DNA of 64,000 nucleotides, from the IMG/VR virus record IMGVR_UViG_3300011335_000731, positions 1 through 64,000 of that record; one strand, written 5' to 3'. The DNA comes from a virus (taxonomy: Duplodnaviria > Caudoviricetes). How positions within the stretch are numbered: position 1 is the stretch's first letter; each line of letters begins with the position of its first letter. Shown here in pieces: positions 47,146-57,223 of this stretch. Below the pieces are notes generated by a model that had not been told where the DNA came from, did no database searches, and was given only the letters and a program-made list of their open reading frames with translations. Position numbers and translations under genes: made by a program.

Positions 47146-47955
47146 ATGAAACGACTATTAGCAATCTCTTTACTTGCCCTCGCGGCCACAGCCAACGCCT
47201 GGACACAACGACCGCCACAGGACATCAGAACCTGTGCTGTGCATGCTCCTTATGGCATGCCTGCTGCTATCGGCACACAACCTATCTGTAGACAAGCATA
47301 TCTCGTAGGCTACGATGCTCATGCCAAGATACCTAGATTTGTCACATACGAACTCATACCAAAAAACGCTCTAGGCTGTGTGGCAAGAACCAATGCGTTT
47401 GCCACAGATCAATCAGTGCCCAATGGTGCCACACCCGATGACTATGCCGGCACTGGCTATGACAAAGGCCACATGAGCCCAGATGGTGACTTATCATGGG
47501 ACCAACAAGTAGAATTTGAATCATTCCTGATGACCAACATGGCTCCACAGGCCGGAAGTTTGAATCGTGGTATCTGGAAACTGCTGGAAACATCAATCCG
47601 TGGGTGGGCTGTGCAACACAACAACAGTTTCACTGTGTATGTGGGTGCAATCTACAATGCACAAGACCGGCGTATCGGCTCGGGCGTAGTTGTGCCACAT
47701 GCTTTCTACAAGATCGTTATAAACAATCAGACCAACGAGATCGCAGGCTGGATGTTCCCACATGTGGCACCTTACCCAAATCTGGGCAATGACTTAACCC
47801 GTTTCCGTGTGCCAGTAGAACTGATCGAACGAGAATCAAATGTGAACTATGCGTTTCCACCCGCAGCGAAAGAACTCAATCCTGGATCAGAATGGGCAGT
47901 GGACTTTGGAAATCTAACCAAGGCCAAAAGAGCCAAATGTGGCCGATCCGAATAA
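47146..47955 (+). CDS. DNA/RNA non-specific endonuclease (His-Me finger) with Sec signal peptide
   Basis: MKRLLAISLLALAATANA signal; YDKGHMSPDGD active site, SFLMTNMAPQ, FYKIVI motifs. Confidence 0.9.
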   Translation: MKRLLAISLLALAATANAWTQRPPQDIRTCAVHAPYGMPAAIGTQPICRQAYLVGYDAHAKIPRFVTYELIPKNALGCVARTNAFATDQSVPNGATPDDYAGTGYDKGHMSPDGDLSWDQQVEFESFLMTNMAPQAGSLNRGIWKLLETSIRGWAVQHNNSFTVYVGAIYNAQDRRIGSGVVVPHAFYKIVINNQTNEIAGWMFPHVAPYPNLGNDLTRFRVPVELIERESNVNYAFPPAAKELNPGSEWAVDFGNLTKAKRAKCGRSE

Positions 47956-47975
47956 TTCGGCATAACTAACTGACT

Positions 47976-49544
47976 ATGGCCGCTGCTAATGAAACGGTGC
48001 TGATCAAAGCACCACACCGTCGACAAAAATTCACTGAACAACAACTGGAAGAGTTCTTGAAATGTGCTGACCCTGACACAGGGCCGCACTACTTCATGGA
48101 CAACTTCTTCTACATCCAGCATCCCACACAGGGCAAGATGCTGTATCATCCGTTTGATTATCAGAAGAAACTGATCGACACATACCACAACTACCGCTAC
48201 TCGATCTCCATGATGCCGCGCCAGACCGGCAAGTCTACATCAGCAGCAGGTTACATACTTTGGTTTGCTATGTTTGTGCCAGACTCAACCATCTTGATCG
48301 CAGCACACAAATACACCGGTGCCCAAGAGATCATGCAGCGTATCCGCTTTGCTTACGAACTGTGCCCGGATCACATCCGAGCAGGTGCCACAAACTACAA
48401 CAAAGGCAGTATAGACTTTGAAAACGGCTCACGCATAGTCAGTGCCACAACAACAGAAACAACTGGTCGTGGTATGAGTATTACATTACTCTACGCCGAC
48501 GAGTTTGCCTATGTGCGGCCTACCATCGCTAAAGAGTTTTGGACTTCCATATCACCCACACTGGCCACAGGTGGTAAAGCCATCATCACATCAACCCCCA
48601 ACTCAGACGAAGATCAGTTTGCATTCTTGTGGAAAGGTGCCAACAAGTGTGAAGATGAATACGGCAACCCTACAGAAGTGGGCATGAACGGATTCAAAGC
48701 CTATCGTAGTTATTGGGAAGAACATCCAGACCGTGACGCTGCCTGGGGAGAATCAATGCGAGCCCAGTTGGGCGATGATCGTTTCCGTCGTGAGATGGGC
48801 TGCGAATTTGTTATCAATGATGAAACACTTATTGCTCCTGCTAAACTGTTGGATCTTGAAGCCCGAGATCCTATCCACAGAACAGGGCAAGTGCGTTGGT
48901 TTGAACCCATCCGCAAAGATCAAGTGTATGTTGTGGCTCTAGATCCTAGTCTAGGTACAGGTGGCGATCCTGCTGCTATCCAGGTATTCGAAGCCAACAC
49001 CACACGCCAAGTGGGCGAATGGAGGCACAACAAAACACCTATTCCAGAACAAGTACGGATCATGGCCGACATCATCAAACACATACATGACACTGTGCAA
49101 GATGACAAGAGCATCTACTACAGTGTGGAAAACAATACCATTGGTGAAGCAGCCTTGATCTCCATCATGGAATACGGTGAAGAAAATATCAAAGGGTATT
49201 TCCTCAGTGATACAGCCAGTGTCAGCGCACGCCGTTTCCGCAAGGGTTACAATACCACAAACAAGACCAAACTTGCTGCTTGCTCCAAGTTTAAAAACCT
49301 GATCGAATCCGGGCGTATGCGTATAAACAGCGCCAGCCTGATCAGTGAACTCAAGAACTTTGTAGCACACGGCACCAGTTATGCTGCCAAACCCGGCGAA
49401 ACTGACGATTTGATCATGGCTGCATTGTTAGCAGTTCGTATGTTGGTTACTCTGCAGAACTTCTACATAGAACTGGATACACAGATGAAAGATCACGAAT
49501 CCGAAGTTATTGAACCCTACCCGTTCATCTCTATAATGATGTAG
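47976..49544 (+). CDS. gp17: Terminase large subunit (T4 gp17-like)
   Basis: MPRQTGKS Walker A, LLYADEFA Walker B, ITSTPN, VALDPSLG and TDDLIMA RNase-H-like nuclease motifs. Confidence 0.96.
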   Translation: MAAANETVLIKAPHRRQKFTEQQLEEFLKCADPDTGPHYFMDNFFYIQHPTQGKMLYHPFDYQKKLIDTYHNYRYSISMMPRQTGKSTSAAGYILWFAMFVPDSTILIAAHKYTGAQEIMQRIRFAYELCPDHIRAGATNYNKGSIDFENGSRIVSATTTETTGRGMSITLLYADEFAYVRPTIAKEFWTSISPTLATGGKAIITSTPNSDEDQFAFLWKGANKCEDEYGNPTEVGMNGFKAYRSYWEEHPDRDAAWGESMRAQLGDDRFRREMGCEFVINDETLIAPAKLLDLEARDPIHRTGQVRWFEPIRKDQVYVVALDPSLGTGGDPAAIQVFEANTTRQVGEWRHNKTPIPEQVRIMADIIKHIHDTVQDDKSIYYSVENNTIGEAALISIMEYGEENIKGYFLSDTASVSARRFRKGYNTTNKTKLAACSKFKNLIESGRMRINSASLISELKNFVAHGTSYAAKPGETDDLIMAALLAVRMLVTLQNFYIELDTQMKDHESEVIEPYPFISIMM

Positions 49545-49552
49545 CAGTTAAC

Positions 49553-49558
49553 TAAATA
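49553..49558 (+). promoter_or_regulatory. Late-promoter motif TAAATA
   Basis: TAAATA-CATC-ATG (49563). Confidence 0.6.
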
Positions 49559-49562
49559 CATC

Positions 49563-51437
49563 ATGGCACAGAATTCAATCGCAAGCGAACTTAACGATCT
49601 GCTGATCACCCACGACTTTGATGTGGATGCACTTAGCACCAAGACTGGCAAACCCTCTGTAAATGAGCGTGGCGTTCCGGATTCCAGCGAAGCAGACATG
49701 TTTAGTTTTGACTGGGTGGGTCCCACAGGCAAGAACTACGGCACCATGGTAATCTTACTGGATCAGAACGGTGGCATGACTGTGTATTTTGGCGACAATC
49801 TAGGTCGCACCATGGAGCCAGAAGATAAAAAAGCCTGGTATGGTGACTCAGAAACAGACACCCCAGGCTTCTTAGAACAACTCAAACACTTTGCCATCCG
49901 TACCAGCAAGATACGCGGCGGATTTGGCCTAGAAAACTTGAGCAAACTCAAGTACGCTATCGCAGGGCAAGCAGCACTCACAGAAAGTTTTTACGGCACA
50001 CGGAAAGTCAGTTATAGTGGCCAACCCACAGAAGCCAGACTCATGATCCGGCACACACGCCCTATCACCGAAGGTGACAAGCGTTATCGCTATGTGGAGA
50101 GTTTGTTTATTGAAACAGCAGAAGGTGAGCGTTTTCGTTTGCCATTCCGCAAGTTAGCCGGTGGTCGTGCCATGCTAGAACATGTGCGCCACGGCGGCAA
50201 TCCCTACGATCTGCGTGGGCAACATATCGCAGAAACAGTGAATCAACTGAATGTGTTGAGTCAGTTCCGCAGAGCACACCAAGGTCGTGTGTTTGAAGGT
50301 GCAGCAGGTGATCTAGTTACAGAGACTGATCAGTATTACCAACGACTCAATCACAACTTGAAACACATGGCATCAAGCCGTGGATACGATCGTTATTTTG
50401 AATCATGGAAGCCAGCAGATATCTCCGAAGGTGATATCATGGTAGAAGACTTGCGTGGCATGTTTGTGGAAACACGCATTGACCCACGGATAGAATCCGC
50501 TTTGCCCATGTTGGCAAAGATACAACAGGAAGCAAAAGCTATGAAAGAAGCAGATATATTTGAATCATGGGCTGCCAGATTGGTAGAAGGAACTTGGGCT
50601 CTGCCCGACACTCCGGAAAAGATGACCGAGCTCAAGACCTGGTTTAGCCAGCCACAACCACTGGGCCCTGACGCCGAGAATGTCACAGATGTGTTATATC
50701 CCTTGCTGGGTGATGATGCATTGTTTGATCAACTTGCAGCAATGTCTGAAGAAGATCCAGATGCAGATGCTATTCCTATCGTTCAAGCCTGGGTCATTCG
50801 CAACAAGGATCAGAGTCCAGAACTATCTGAACTGGCGGTAAGTTTTGAAACTGCGGCTCCAGCAGCACCCGCTGCACCTGCTGCACCTGCTGCACCTGCT
50901 GCACCTGCTGCACCAGCAGCGCCCGCTGCTCCTGCACAACCACCCGTAGCCGAAGGCGACAATCTTGAGACCTTTGAAGACATCGTCCGCTTATCCGGTG
51001 CACCACTCAAAGAAAATGTGCTGAATGATACCGGAAGTACATTAGATTACATCATAAAAACATACCAACGCGACATCAAAGACTTTGTGCAAAACGGTGA
51101 TATGAGTGAGCATCTGTATGATGCATTGTATGATTACTATCAGGATGACATGCCCTACGGTATTAAAAAAGCCCGCTCAGGTGATCCTTACGAATGGGTC
51201 GGCGATCGATTCTATAATGATTTACAAGGCTCGCACATGGTTGATGAAACAGTGCCCACTATTGCCGCCACCGCCACCGCCACTCCAGAATTCAACAATG
51301 ATCCTGCCTCAGTAAACGAATGCAACTACACCATGGAGAATGAATACTGCCCGGTGCATGGTCTTAAGGAATGTGGATCTATGGGCATGTTTGAATCTGA
51401 ACTGGCAAGAATAAAATCACTGAGTTCGCTCAAATGA
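49563..51437 (+). CDS. Hypothetical late protein with PAA linker
   Basis: 624 aa; (PAA)n linker; several hydrophobic-X-E motifs (LTES, LVEG, VAEG, LKEN). Confidence 0.7.
   Translation: MAQNSIASELNDLLITHDFDVDALSTKTGKPSVNERGVPDSSEADMFSFDWVGPTGKNYGTMVILLDQNGGMTVYFGDNLGRTMEPEDKKAWYGDSETDTPGFLEQLKHFAIRTSKIRGGFGLENLSKLKYAIAGQAALTESFYGTRKVSYSGQPTEARLMIRHTRPITEGDKRYRYVESLFIETAEGERFRLPFRKLAGGRAMLEHVRHGGNPYDLRGQHIAETVNQLNVLSQFRRAHQGRVFEGAAGDLVTETDQYYQRLNHNLKHMASSRGYDRYFESWKPADISEGDIMVEDLRGMFVETRIDPRIESALPMLAKIQQEAKAMKEADIFESWAARLVEGTWALPDTPEKMTELKTWFSQPQPLGPDAENVTDVLYPLLGDDALFDQLAAMSEEDPDADAIPIVQAWVIRNKDQSPELSELAVSFETAAPAAPAAPAAPAAPAAPAAPAAPAAPAQPPVAEGDNLETFEDIVRLSGAPLKENVLNDTGSTLDYIIKTYQRDIKDFVQNGDMSEHLYDALYDYYQDDMPYGIKKARSGDPYEWVGDRFYNDLQGSHMVDETVPTIAATATATPEFNNDPASVNECNYTMENEYCPVHGLKECGSMGMFESELARIKSLSSLK
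50853..50936 (+). repeat. 9-bp tandem repeat encoding (APA)n
   Basis: Four perfect GCTGCACCT copies (50871-50906) within a longer degenerate array. Confidence 0.9.
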
Positions 51438-51439
51438 CA

Positions 51440-51477
51440 TAAATAACATTGACACAGAGACAGAAAGCGCATATACT
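51440..51477 (+). promoter_or_regulatory. Tandem late (TAAATA) and sigma70 (TTGACA-17-TATACT) promoters of gp32
   Basis: TAAATA 51440-51445; TTGACA 51449-51454; TATACT 51472-51477. Confidence 0.75.
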
Positions 51478-51574
51478 ACTACTGTGTTTGCGCTTTTTCA
51501 TTTGTGGCACAGGCAACACAATCTAAATCATTAGATAGGCATTTTACATAGGCAACTTTATAGGAGAAACAACT

Positions 51575-52555
51575 ATGGCAACTTTATCAGAAATCAGAGC
51601 ACGACTACAGGCAGCAGAGACAAAAGGCAAATCCGGAGGCAGTGGCGGCGAAAATCCAATTTACCCACACTGGAACATGGAAGAAGGCCAATCCGCAACA
51701 GTCCGATTCTTACCGGACGCAAACTCCAAAAACACATTCTTCTGGGTAGAACGGGCCATGATCCGACTGCCATTCAACGGCGTCAAAGGAGAGATGGATT
51801 CCAAACAGGTAATGGTGCAGGTCCCATGTATGCACATGTGGAACGAAACTTGCCCAATCCTTTCCGAGGTCAGCCCTTGGTTCAAGGATCCTAGTCTGGA
51901 AGACATGGGTCGTAAGTACTGGAAGAAACGCAGTTATGTGTTCCAGGGCTTTGTGCGTGAAAACCCACTGTCTGACGACAAGACACCACCTAACCCAATC
52001 CGTCGTTTCATCATCGGACCTCAGATCTTCACATTGATCAAGAGCGCATTGATGGATCCAGAATTGGAAAACTTGCCAACTGACATCATGAGTGGTCTGG
52101 ACTTCCGTATCACCAAGACACAGAAGGGCGGCTATGCTGACTACAACACTTCAAAGTGGGCCCGCAAAGAAAGCGCTCTCACTGAAGAAGAACAAGCAGC
52201 TATCGAAACACACGGCTTGTTTGACTTGAGCACATTCTTGCCCAAGAAGCCCACTGATGTGGAACTCAAGGTAATGAAAGAAATGTTTGAAGCAAGTGTG
52301 GATGGCAAAGCATTCGACATGGAGCGTTGGGGACAATACTTCCGTCCTGCTGGTATGCAAGCACCTGCTGGTACTGCACCAGATGCAGATGAAGATACTC
52401 CGGCACCTAAAGCAGCACCTGCTGTGAAGGCACCCGTGGATGCGTTTGAAGACGAGGATACTCCTGTGGCAACAGCACCAGTGGCCAAGCCAGCAGAAGG
52501 CAACAAGAAGGCCGAGGATATCTTGGCCATGATCCGTAGTCGTCAAAACAAGTAA
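51575..52555 (+). CDS. gp32: Single-stranded DNA-binding protein (T4 gp32-like)
   Basis: VRFLPD, CPIL, KYWKKRSY, YADYNTSKW, acidic/Ala-rich tail. Confidence 0.93.
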   Translation: MATLSEIRARLQAAETKGKSGGSGGENPIYPHWNMEEGQSATVRFLPDANSKNTFFWVERAMIRLPFNGVKGEMDSKQVMVQVPCMHMWNETCPILSEVSPWFKDPSLEDMGRKYWKKRSYVFQGFVRENPLSDDKTPPNPIRRFIIGPQIFTLIKSALMDPELENLPTDIMSGLDFRITKTQKGGYADYNTSKWARKESALTEEEQAAIETHGLFDLSTFLPKKPTDVELKVMKEMFEASVDGKAFDMERWGQYFRPAGMQAPAGTAPDADEDTPAPKAAPAVKAPVDAFEDEDTPVATAPVAKPAEGNKKAEDILAMIRSRQNK

Positions 52556-53208
52556 TGCTGACTGAGATAGATTCTATCTTATTCTCTGACAATTGTGAAG
52601 TGGTAGAGATACCACTTCACAATCAATGGGTCTATCTCATACAGAAAAACGGAACTAGCAGTCTACAAAACCTTCAGGAAAAATACAATCTAAGCTCAAG
52701 GTCAAACGAACAGATCCGGCAACTTGATTTTGTGGATGTGTACATTCGAGACGCTCGAGACCGCTATACCAGCGGTGTTAACACATACTTACAACATTTA
52801 AAACGCGACCACCCTGAGCTAGATCAATCTACAGCATTTTGGTTTGCCAAACAATACAAGTTTCTAAATAGACATTACCTCCCACAATTTCATTGGTTAT
52901 TGAATCTCAGTCGATATCTGTCACCTCACACTAAAATTAGAATAAGAGATTTTAAAGATTTCGGCTTCATTGTTGAAGATCACGATCGTGCAAATATCAT
53001 ACCAAGCGATGATGAATTCAGACAAAAATTGTTATCCAACGATACAAGATTAGAACTCTGGTTATTCTTAGACCAGATACTGTTGGACCTAGCAGGCGCA
53101 GAGCTAACCTGGACGGAAATACTCAATCACTACCAAACATCACACACACAAACTTTTAATTTGGTACTCCAACGATTTAACTTGATTTCTAAAAGTGTAT
53201 TGCCCTAG
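52555..53208 (+). CDS. Sulfotransferase family-2-like protein
   Basis: IQKNGTSSL (5'-PSB-like), YIRDARDRYTSG (3'-PB-like), NRHYLPQ motifs. Confidence 0.6.
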   Translation: MLTEIDSILFSDNCEVVEIPLHNQWVYLIQKNGTSSLQNLQEKYNLSSRSNEQIRQLDFVDVYIRDARDRYTSGVNTYLQHLKRDHPELDQSTAFWFAKQYKFLNRHYLPQFHWLLNLSRYLSPHTKIRIRDFKDFGFIVEDHDRANIIPSDDEFRQKLLSNDTRLELWLFLDQILLDLAGAELTWTEILNHYQTSHTQTFNLVLQRFNLISKSVLP

Positions 53209-54172
53209 AACTGATCATTTTGCAAGATTCAATCCCAACGGCACACTTAGCCGCTGCGGACATATGGTCGAACCGGCTGAATTCAATACCTTGGCAGAAT
53301 TAGAATCCAGTACATGGCTGGCAGACATCAAACATAAAATGAAAAATGATTCGTGGCCCAAGGAATGTGTTAGATGCCAAACCGCTGAATCTATTGGCAA
53401 TAAAAGTATAAGACAACACGCCGTGGATGATCACCCGAGAAACAGTTCAATCAGATCTGATTACATCCTATTAAGCGGAGTATTGGATAACATCTGCAAT
53501 AGTGCTTGCCAGACCTGCAATGAAAATCTATCTACCAAGATAGGCAGTTTGAAATCTAAAAATTATATCAAAATCAACAACAGCAACCGCATCAACCAAC
53601 TGCCATTGGACAGAATAACAAGGATAGACATCAATGGTGGTGAACCCAGCGCCAGCCCAAACTATTTGAAACTATTGGGTCAGCTACCTCCTAATGTGAA
53701 GTATCTAAGGCTCAATACCAATGGCAGTCGAGTGATGACTGCATTGCCTAAGTTGATCGATCGCGGAGTCAAGATCACTGTGACTGTGAGTTTGGATGGA
53801 ATAGATCGTATACATGACTATGTGAGATGGCCTATAAAGTGGAAAGATGTTGAACAAACTATCAACACATACCAAACCATGGGTGTGCATGAGTTGAATA
53901 CATGGACCACAGTGTCGGCATTAAATATCGGTGACTTGAAGAACATACAAGCATACGCCAATAACAACAACATAAAACATTCGTGGGCATTGTTAGAACA
54001 ACCGGAAGTTTTAAGTATTCGGCACAAGAATCATTTCACCACTACAGCCGATGTTCCTACTGAACTAATTGGTGTGATAGCATCAGGTGCGGACAATTCT
54101 CTAGAGTTAGAAAATTTTATCAATCAGCAAGATAGTCTGAGAAGCATACATTACAAGGATTATTATCAATGA
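53195..54172 (+). CDS. Radical SAM protein with N-terminal twitch domain (1)
   Basis: GTG start; YCP...RCGH...ECVRC N-terminal Cys set; CNSACQTC at 53495-53518; INGGEP. Confidence 0.88.
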   Translation: MYCPRTDHFARFNPNGTLSRCGHMVEPAEFNTLAELESSTWLADIKHKMKNDSWPKECVRCQTAESIGNKSIRQHAVDDHPRNSSIRSDYILLSGVLDNICNSACQTCNENLSTKIGSLKSKNYIKINNSNRINQLPLDRITRIDINGGEPSASPNYLKLLGQLPPNVKYLRLNTNGSRVMTALPKLIDRGVKITVTVSLDGIDRIHDYVRWPIKWKDVEQTINTYQTMGVHELNTWTTVSALNIGDLKNIQAYANNNNIKHSWALLEQPEVLSIRHKNHFTTTADVPTELIGVIASGADNSLELENFINQQDSLRSIHYKDYYQ

Positions 54173-54744
54173 AGATCGCGATCACAGGACATACCGCAGG
54201 CATAGGGCAAGCCTTATCTCGTGTATTGATCCAACGAGGTCATGAAATACTAGGTCTTAGTAAGCGTGACGGCCACAACATCAGAGTGATTCCTAAGATC
54301 GCTGCCAAGATCGAACCCTGTGATATGTTTATCAACAATGCCCAAGCAGGGTATGCTCAAACTGAATTGTTGTATGCTGTGTGGGAATCGTGGCAAGGCC
54401 AACCCAACAAACACATATGGTGTATTGGCACCATGATGTCACAATGCCCAGTGGATCCTCCTGTGCCCGGTCAATCTGAACTCAGCATGAGTGCTTATCG
54501 TACTCAGAAACTGGCTCTCGAACAAGCCGTAAATCAATTGCAATGGAAAAACAATTGGCCCTGCATCACCTTGATAAGGCCGGGTGCTGTGGCCACACAA
54601 CCAGGACAAGCACCGGGACATCCCTATTGTGATGTTGATGCTTGGGCCAATACTGTGGTTGCTACCATGGTTGCTGCTGATCAACAGAACATGATATTCC
54701 AAGAATTATCCTTGGGTTATGCCAACGGACCATTGGGATTATGA
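54169..54744 (+). CDS. Short-chain dehydrogenase/reductase (SDR)
   Basis: IAITGHTAGIG, FINNA, YRTQK (YxxxK), IRPG. Confidence 0.88.
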   Translation: MKIAITGHTAGIGQALSRVLIQRGHEILGLSKRDGHNIRVIPKIAAKIEPCDMFINNAQAGYAQTELLYAVWESWQGQPNKHIWCIGTMMSQCPVDPPVPGQSELSMSAYRTQKLALEQAVNQLQWKNNWPCITLIRPGAVATQPGQAPGHPYCDVDAWANTVVATMVAADQQNMIFQELSLGYANGPLGL

Positions 54745-55886
54745 CACCAAAGGATATGTTGACCAACAGGACTTTTTGTCCCATGCCTTGGACTGGGTTG
54801 ATGTATAACTTTGATGGCAAGGTAAAGAATTGTATACGCAGTGCTGGAATCATTGGAGACCTCAAGGATGCTGCCATACAAGACATTGTATTGGGATCTA
54901 CCAATGTATCGGCACAGCAAAATATCGCCAACAATCACCCAGTGGCAACTTGTCATACCTGTTATGATCTAGAAGGTGATAAGTCGGGATTCGACATTAT
55001 CAGCGATCGTATTTTTTATATCAGAGAACTTAAAAAAGTTTCAACCGATACTTATCAAGCCGGAAACTTTGATCTACAAACAGTTGATGTGAGATGGAGC
55101 AATCTCTGTAATTTTGCGTGTGTGTATTGCGATTCTGAATTTAGCAGCAAGTGGGCAGCCGAACGCAATGAATATATCGAAACCCCCTCGGATATACAAA
55201 AACAAAAATTTAAAAATTACATCTTTGAAAACGCACATAAATTAAAACATGTCTATCTTGCTGGTGGTGAACCGTTGTTGATGAAAGAAAATCAAGAATT
55301 TCTAGAGCTGTTAAAATCCATAAACCCTGATGTGAATCTGCGTATCAATACCAATCTCAGCAAAGTGGATACTCGAGTTTTTGATAAAATATGCGAATTT
55401 AAAAATGTTCATTGGATCGTGAGTGTGGAAACCATCGAAGAAGAATTTGAATACATCAGACATGGTGGTCGATGGGCAGACTTTTTGGACAACCTCGACA
55501 CCATTAGAAAACTGGATCATCGTATCAGTTTTAACATGTTGCATCTCTTGTTGAACTATCAAAGTGTGTTTGGTTGTGTTGACTTTTTGAAGAATCTGGG
55601 CTTTCACAATAACAGTTACATAATCGGTGCATTGTTGACTCCACTCTACCTAAATATTAGACATCTCCCAGATACTGTGTTAAACTCATTGAAAGATACA
55701 TTAAAGGACAAGATCAATCAGCATCCAGGTTACTTGTTGGAAGACAGTTATCGAAACATGTTAGCATATCTAAACACCCCATTTGAAAAAAATCTCAAAC
55801 AGTCATTCGCAGACTTATCTGTACTGGACCAACGACGCGGATTGAACAGTCGAGACATATTCAAAGAACTTTATAAATTAGCATAA
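54741..55886 (+). CDS. Radical SAM protein with N-terminal twitch domain (2)
   Basis: FCPMPW...NCI...TCHTC; CNFACVYC at 55107-55130; YLAGGEP; INTN. Confidence 0.92.
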   Translation: MTPKDMLTNRTFCPMPWTGLMYNFDGKVKNCIRSAGIIGDLKDAAIQDIVLGSTNVSAQQNIANNHPVATCHTCYDLEGDKSGFDIISDRIFYIRELKKVSTDTYQAGNFDLQTVDVRWSNLCNFACVYCDSEFSSKWAAERNEYIETPSDIQKQKFKNYIFENAHKLKHVYLAGGEPLLMKENQEFLELLKSINPDVNLRINTNLSKVDTRVFDKICEFKNVHWIVSVETIEEEFEYIRHGGRWADFLDNLDTIRKLDHRISFNMLHLLLNYQSVFGCVDFLKNLGFHNNSYIIGALLTPLYLNIRHLPDTVLNSLKDTLKDKINQHPGYLLEDSYRNMLAYLNTPFEKNLKQSFADLSVLDQRRGLNSRDIFKELYKLA

Positions 55887-55898
55887 AAGGAAAATACC

Positions 55899-56954
55899 AT
55901 GGCAAAACCATTTGATGTAAGCAAATTCCGCAAGGAAATCACCAAGAGCATTGAAGGCCTTTCAATCGGCTTCAACGATCCAACAGATTGGATCTCCACA
56001 GGCAACTATGCCTTGAACTATCTAATCTCTGGAGACTTTAACAAAGGTATTCCACTGGGCAAGGTCACTGTGTTTGCAGGTGAATCGGGTGCAGGTAAAA
56101 GTTACATCTGCTCCGGCAACATCATCAAGAACGCCCAAGCACAGGGTATCTATGTTGTGTTGATTGACAGCGAAAACGCACTAGACGAAGACTGGCTCAA
56201 AGCCTTGGGTGTGGATACCAGCGATAGTAAACTACTCAAACTCAGCATGGCTATGATCGATGATGTGGCCAAAACAATCAGTACATTCATGAGCGACTAC
56301 AAGGCCTTGCCTGACGGAGAGCGTCCTAAAGTAATGTTTGTGATCGATAGCTTGGGTATGTTGCTTACCCCTACTGATGTGAATCAGTTTGATGCAGGCG
56401 AGATGAAAGGTGACCTTGGCCGTAAGCCCAAAGCACTTACCAGCCTTGTGCGTAACTGTGTGAACATGTTTGGTTCATACAATGTGGGCTTGGTTTGTAC
56501 CAATCACACATACGCCAGCCAGGATATGTTTGACCCTGATGACAAGATCTCCGGCGGTCAAGGTTTCATCTATGCAAGTTCAATCGTGGTTGCTATGAAG
56601 AAACTCAAACTCAAAGAGGACGAGGATGGCAACAAGATCTCGGATGTCATGGGTATCCGTGCTGCTTGTAAGGTAATGAAAACACGCTATGCAAAGCCGT
56701 TTGAAGGTGTGCAGGTCAAGATTCCTTATGAGACAGGTATGAGCCCGTACTCGGGCATGGTGGATCTCATGGAGAAACGCAATCTCTTGAAAAAAGAAGG
56801 CAACAGTCTAGTGTTTGTGACCAGCGACGGCGAGATCATCAAGAAGTTCCGTAAGAAGTGGGAAGCCAATGAAGAAGAATGTTTAGATCGTGCTATGTCA
56901 GACTTTGCAAATCATAAGGAAGAGGTAAGTACCGTTGAGGAGACAGCAGAATGA
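55899..56954 (+). CDS. uvsX: RecA-like recombinase UvsX
   Basis: WISTGNYALN, GESGAGKS Walker A, VIDSLG, TNHTY, SGG, KTRY motifs. Confidence 0.95.
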   Translation: MAKPFDVSKFRKEITKSIEGLSIGFNDPTDWISTGNYALNYLISGDFNKGIPLGKVTVFAGESGAGKSYICSGNIIKNAQAQGIYVVLIDSENALDEDWLKALGVDTSDSKLLKLSMAMIDDVAKTISTFMSDYKALPDGERPKVMFVIDSLGMLLTPTDVNQFDAGEMKGDLGRKPKALTSLVRNCVNMFGSYNVGLVCTNHTYASQDMFDPDDKISGGQGFIYASSIVVAMKKLKLKEDEDGNKISDVMGIRAACKVMKTRYAKPFEGVQVKIPYETGMSPYSGMVDLMEKRNLLKKEGNSLVFVTSDGEIIKKFRKKWEANEEECLDRAMSDFANHKEEVSTVEETAE

Positions 56955-57223
56955 ATGAAGCAGTAGCAGTGGCCAGCGAGATGTGGTCGGAACTCAAGCG
57001 GTATGTGAATACCGTGGATCGAGATGAAGCAGCCGAAACAGTTGTGGCTATCTTGATCGACAACGACTGTGATGTGGATGATATCAAGGACACATTCAAG
57101 GGCGACGCTGATATCAAACGAGCTCTTACAGCATACCTTGACAATGATAAATCCTACGAAGACGAGGATGATGAAGATGTTGAGGAAGAAGAAGACTTTC
57201 GCGCCGACGATTGGGAAAATTGA
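56951..57223 (+). CDS. Small acidic hypothetical protein
   Basis: 90 aa, coupled to uvsX (ATGA) and to the next gene (TGATG). Confidence 0.7.
   Translation: MNEAVAVASEMWSELKRYVNTVDRDEAAETVVAILIDNDCDVDDIKDTFKGDADIKRALTAYLDNDKSYEDEDDEDVEEEEDFRADDWEN

Noticed and set aside
47976-56954. Inteins or introns in terminase, gp32 or uvsX
   Set aside because: Lengths are ordinary, motifs are contiguous, and no Hint or homing-endonuclease inserts are seen.
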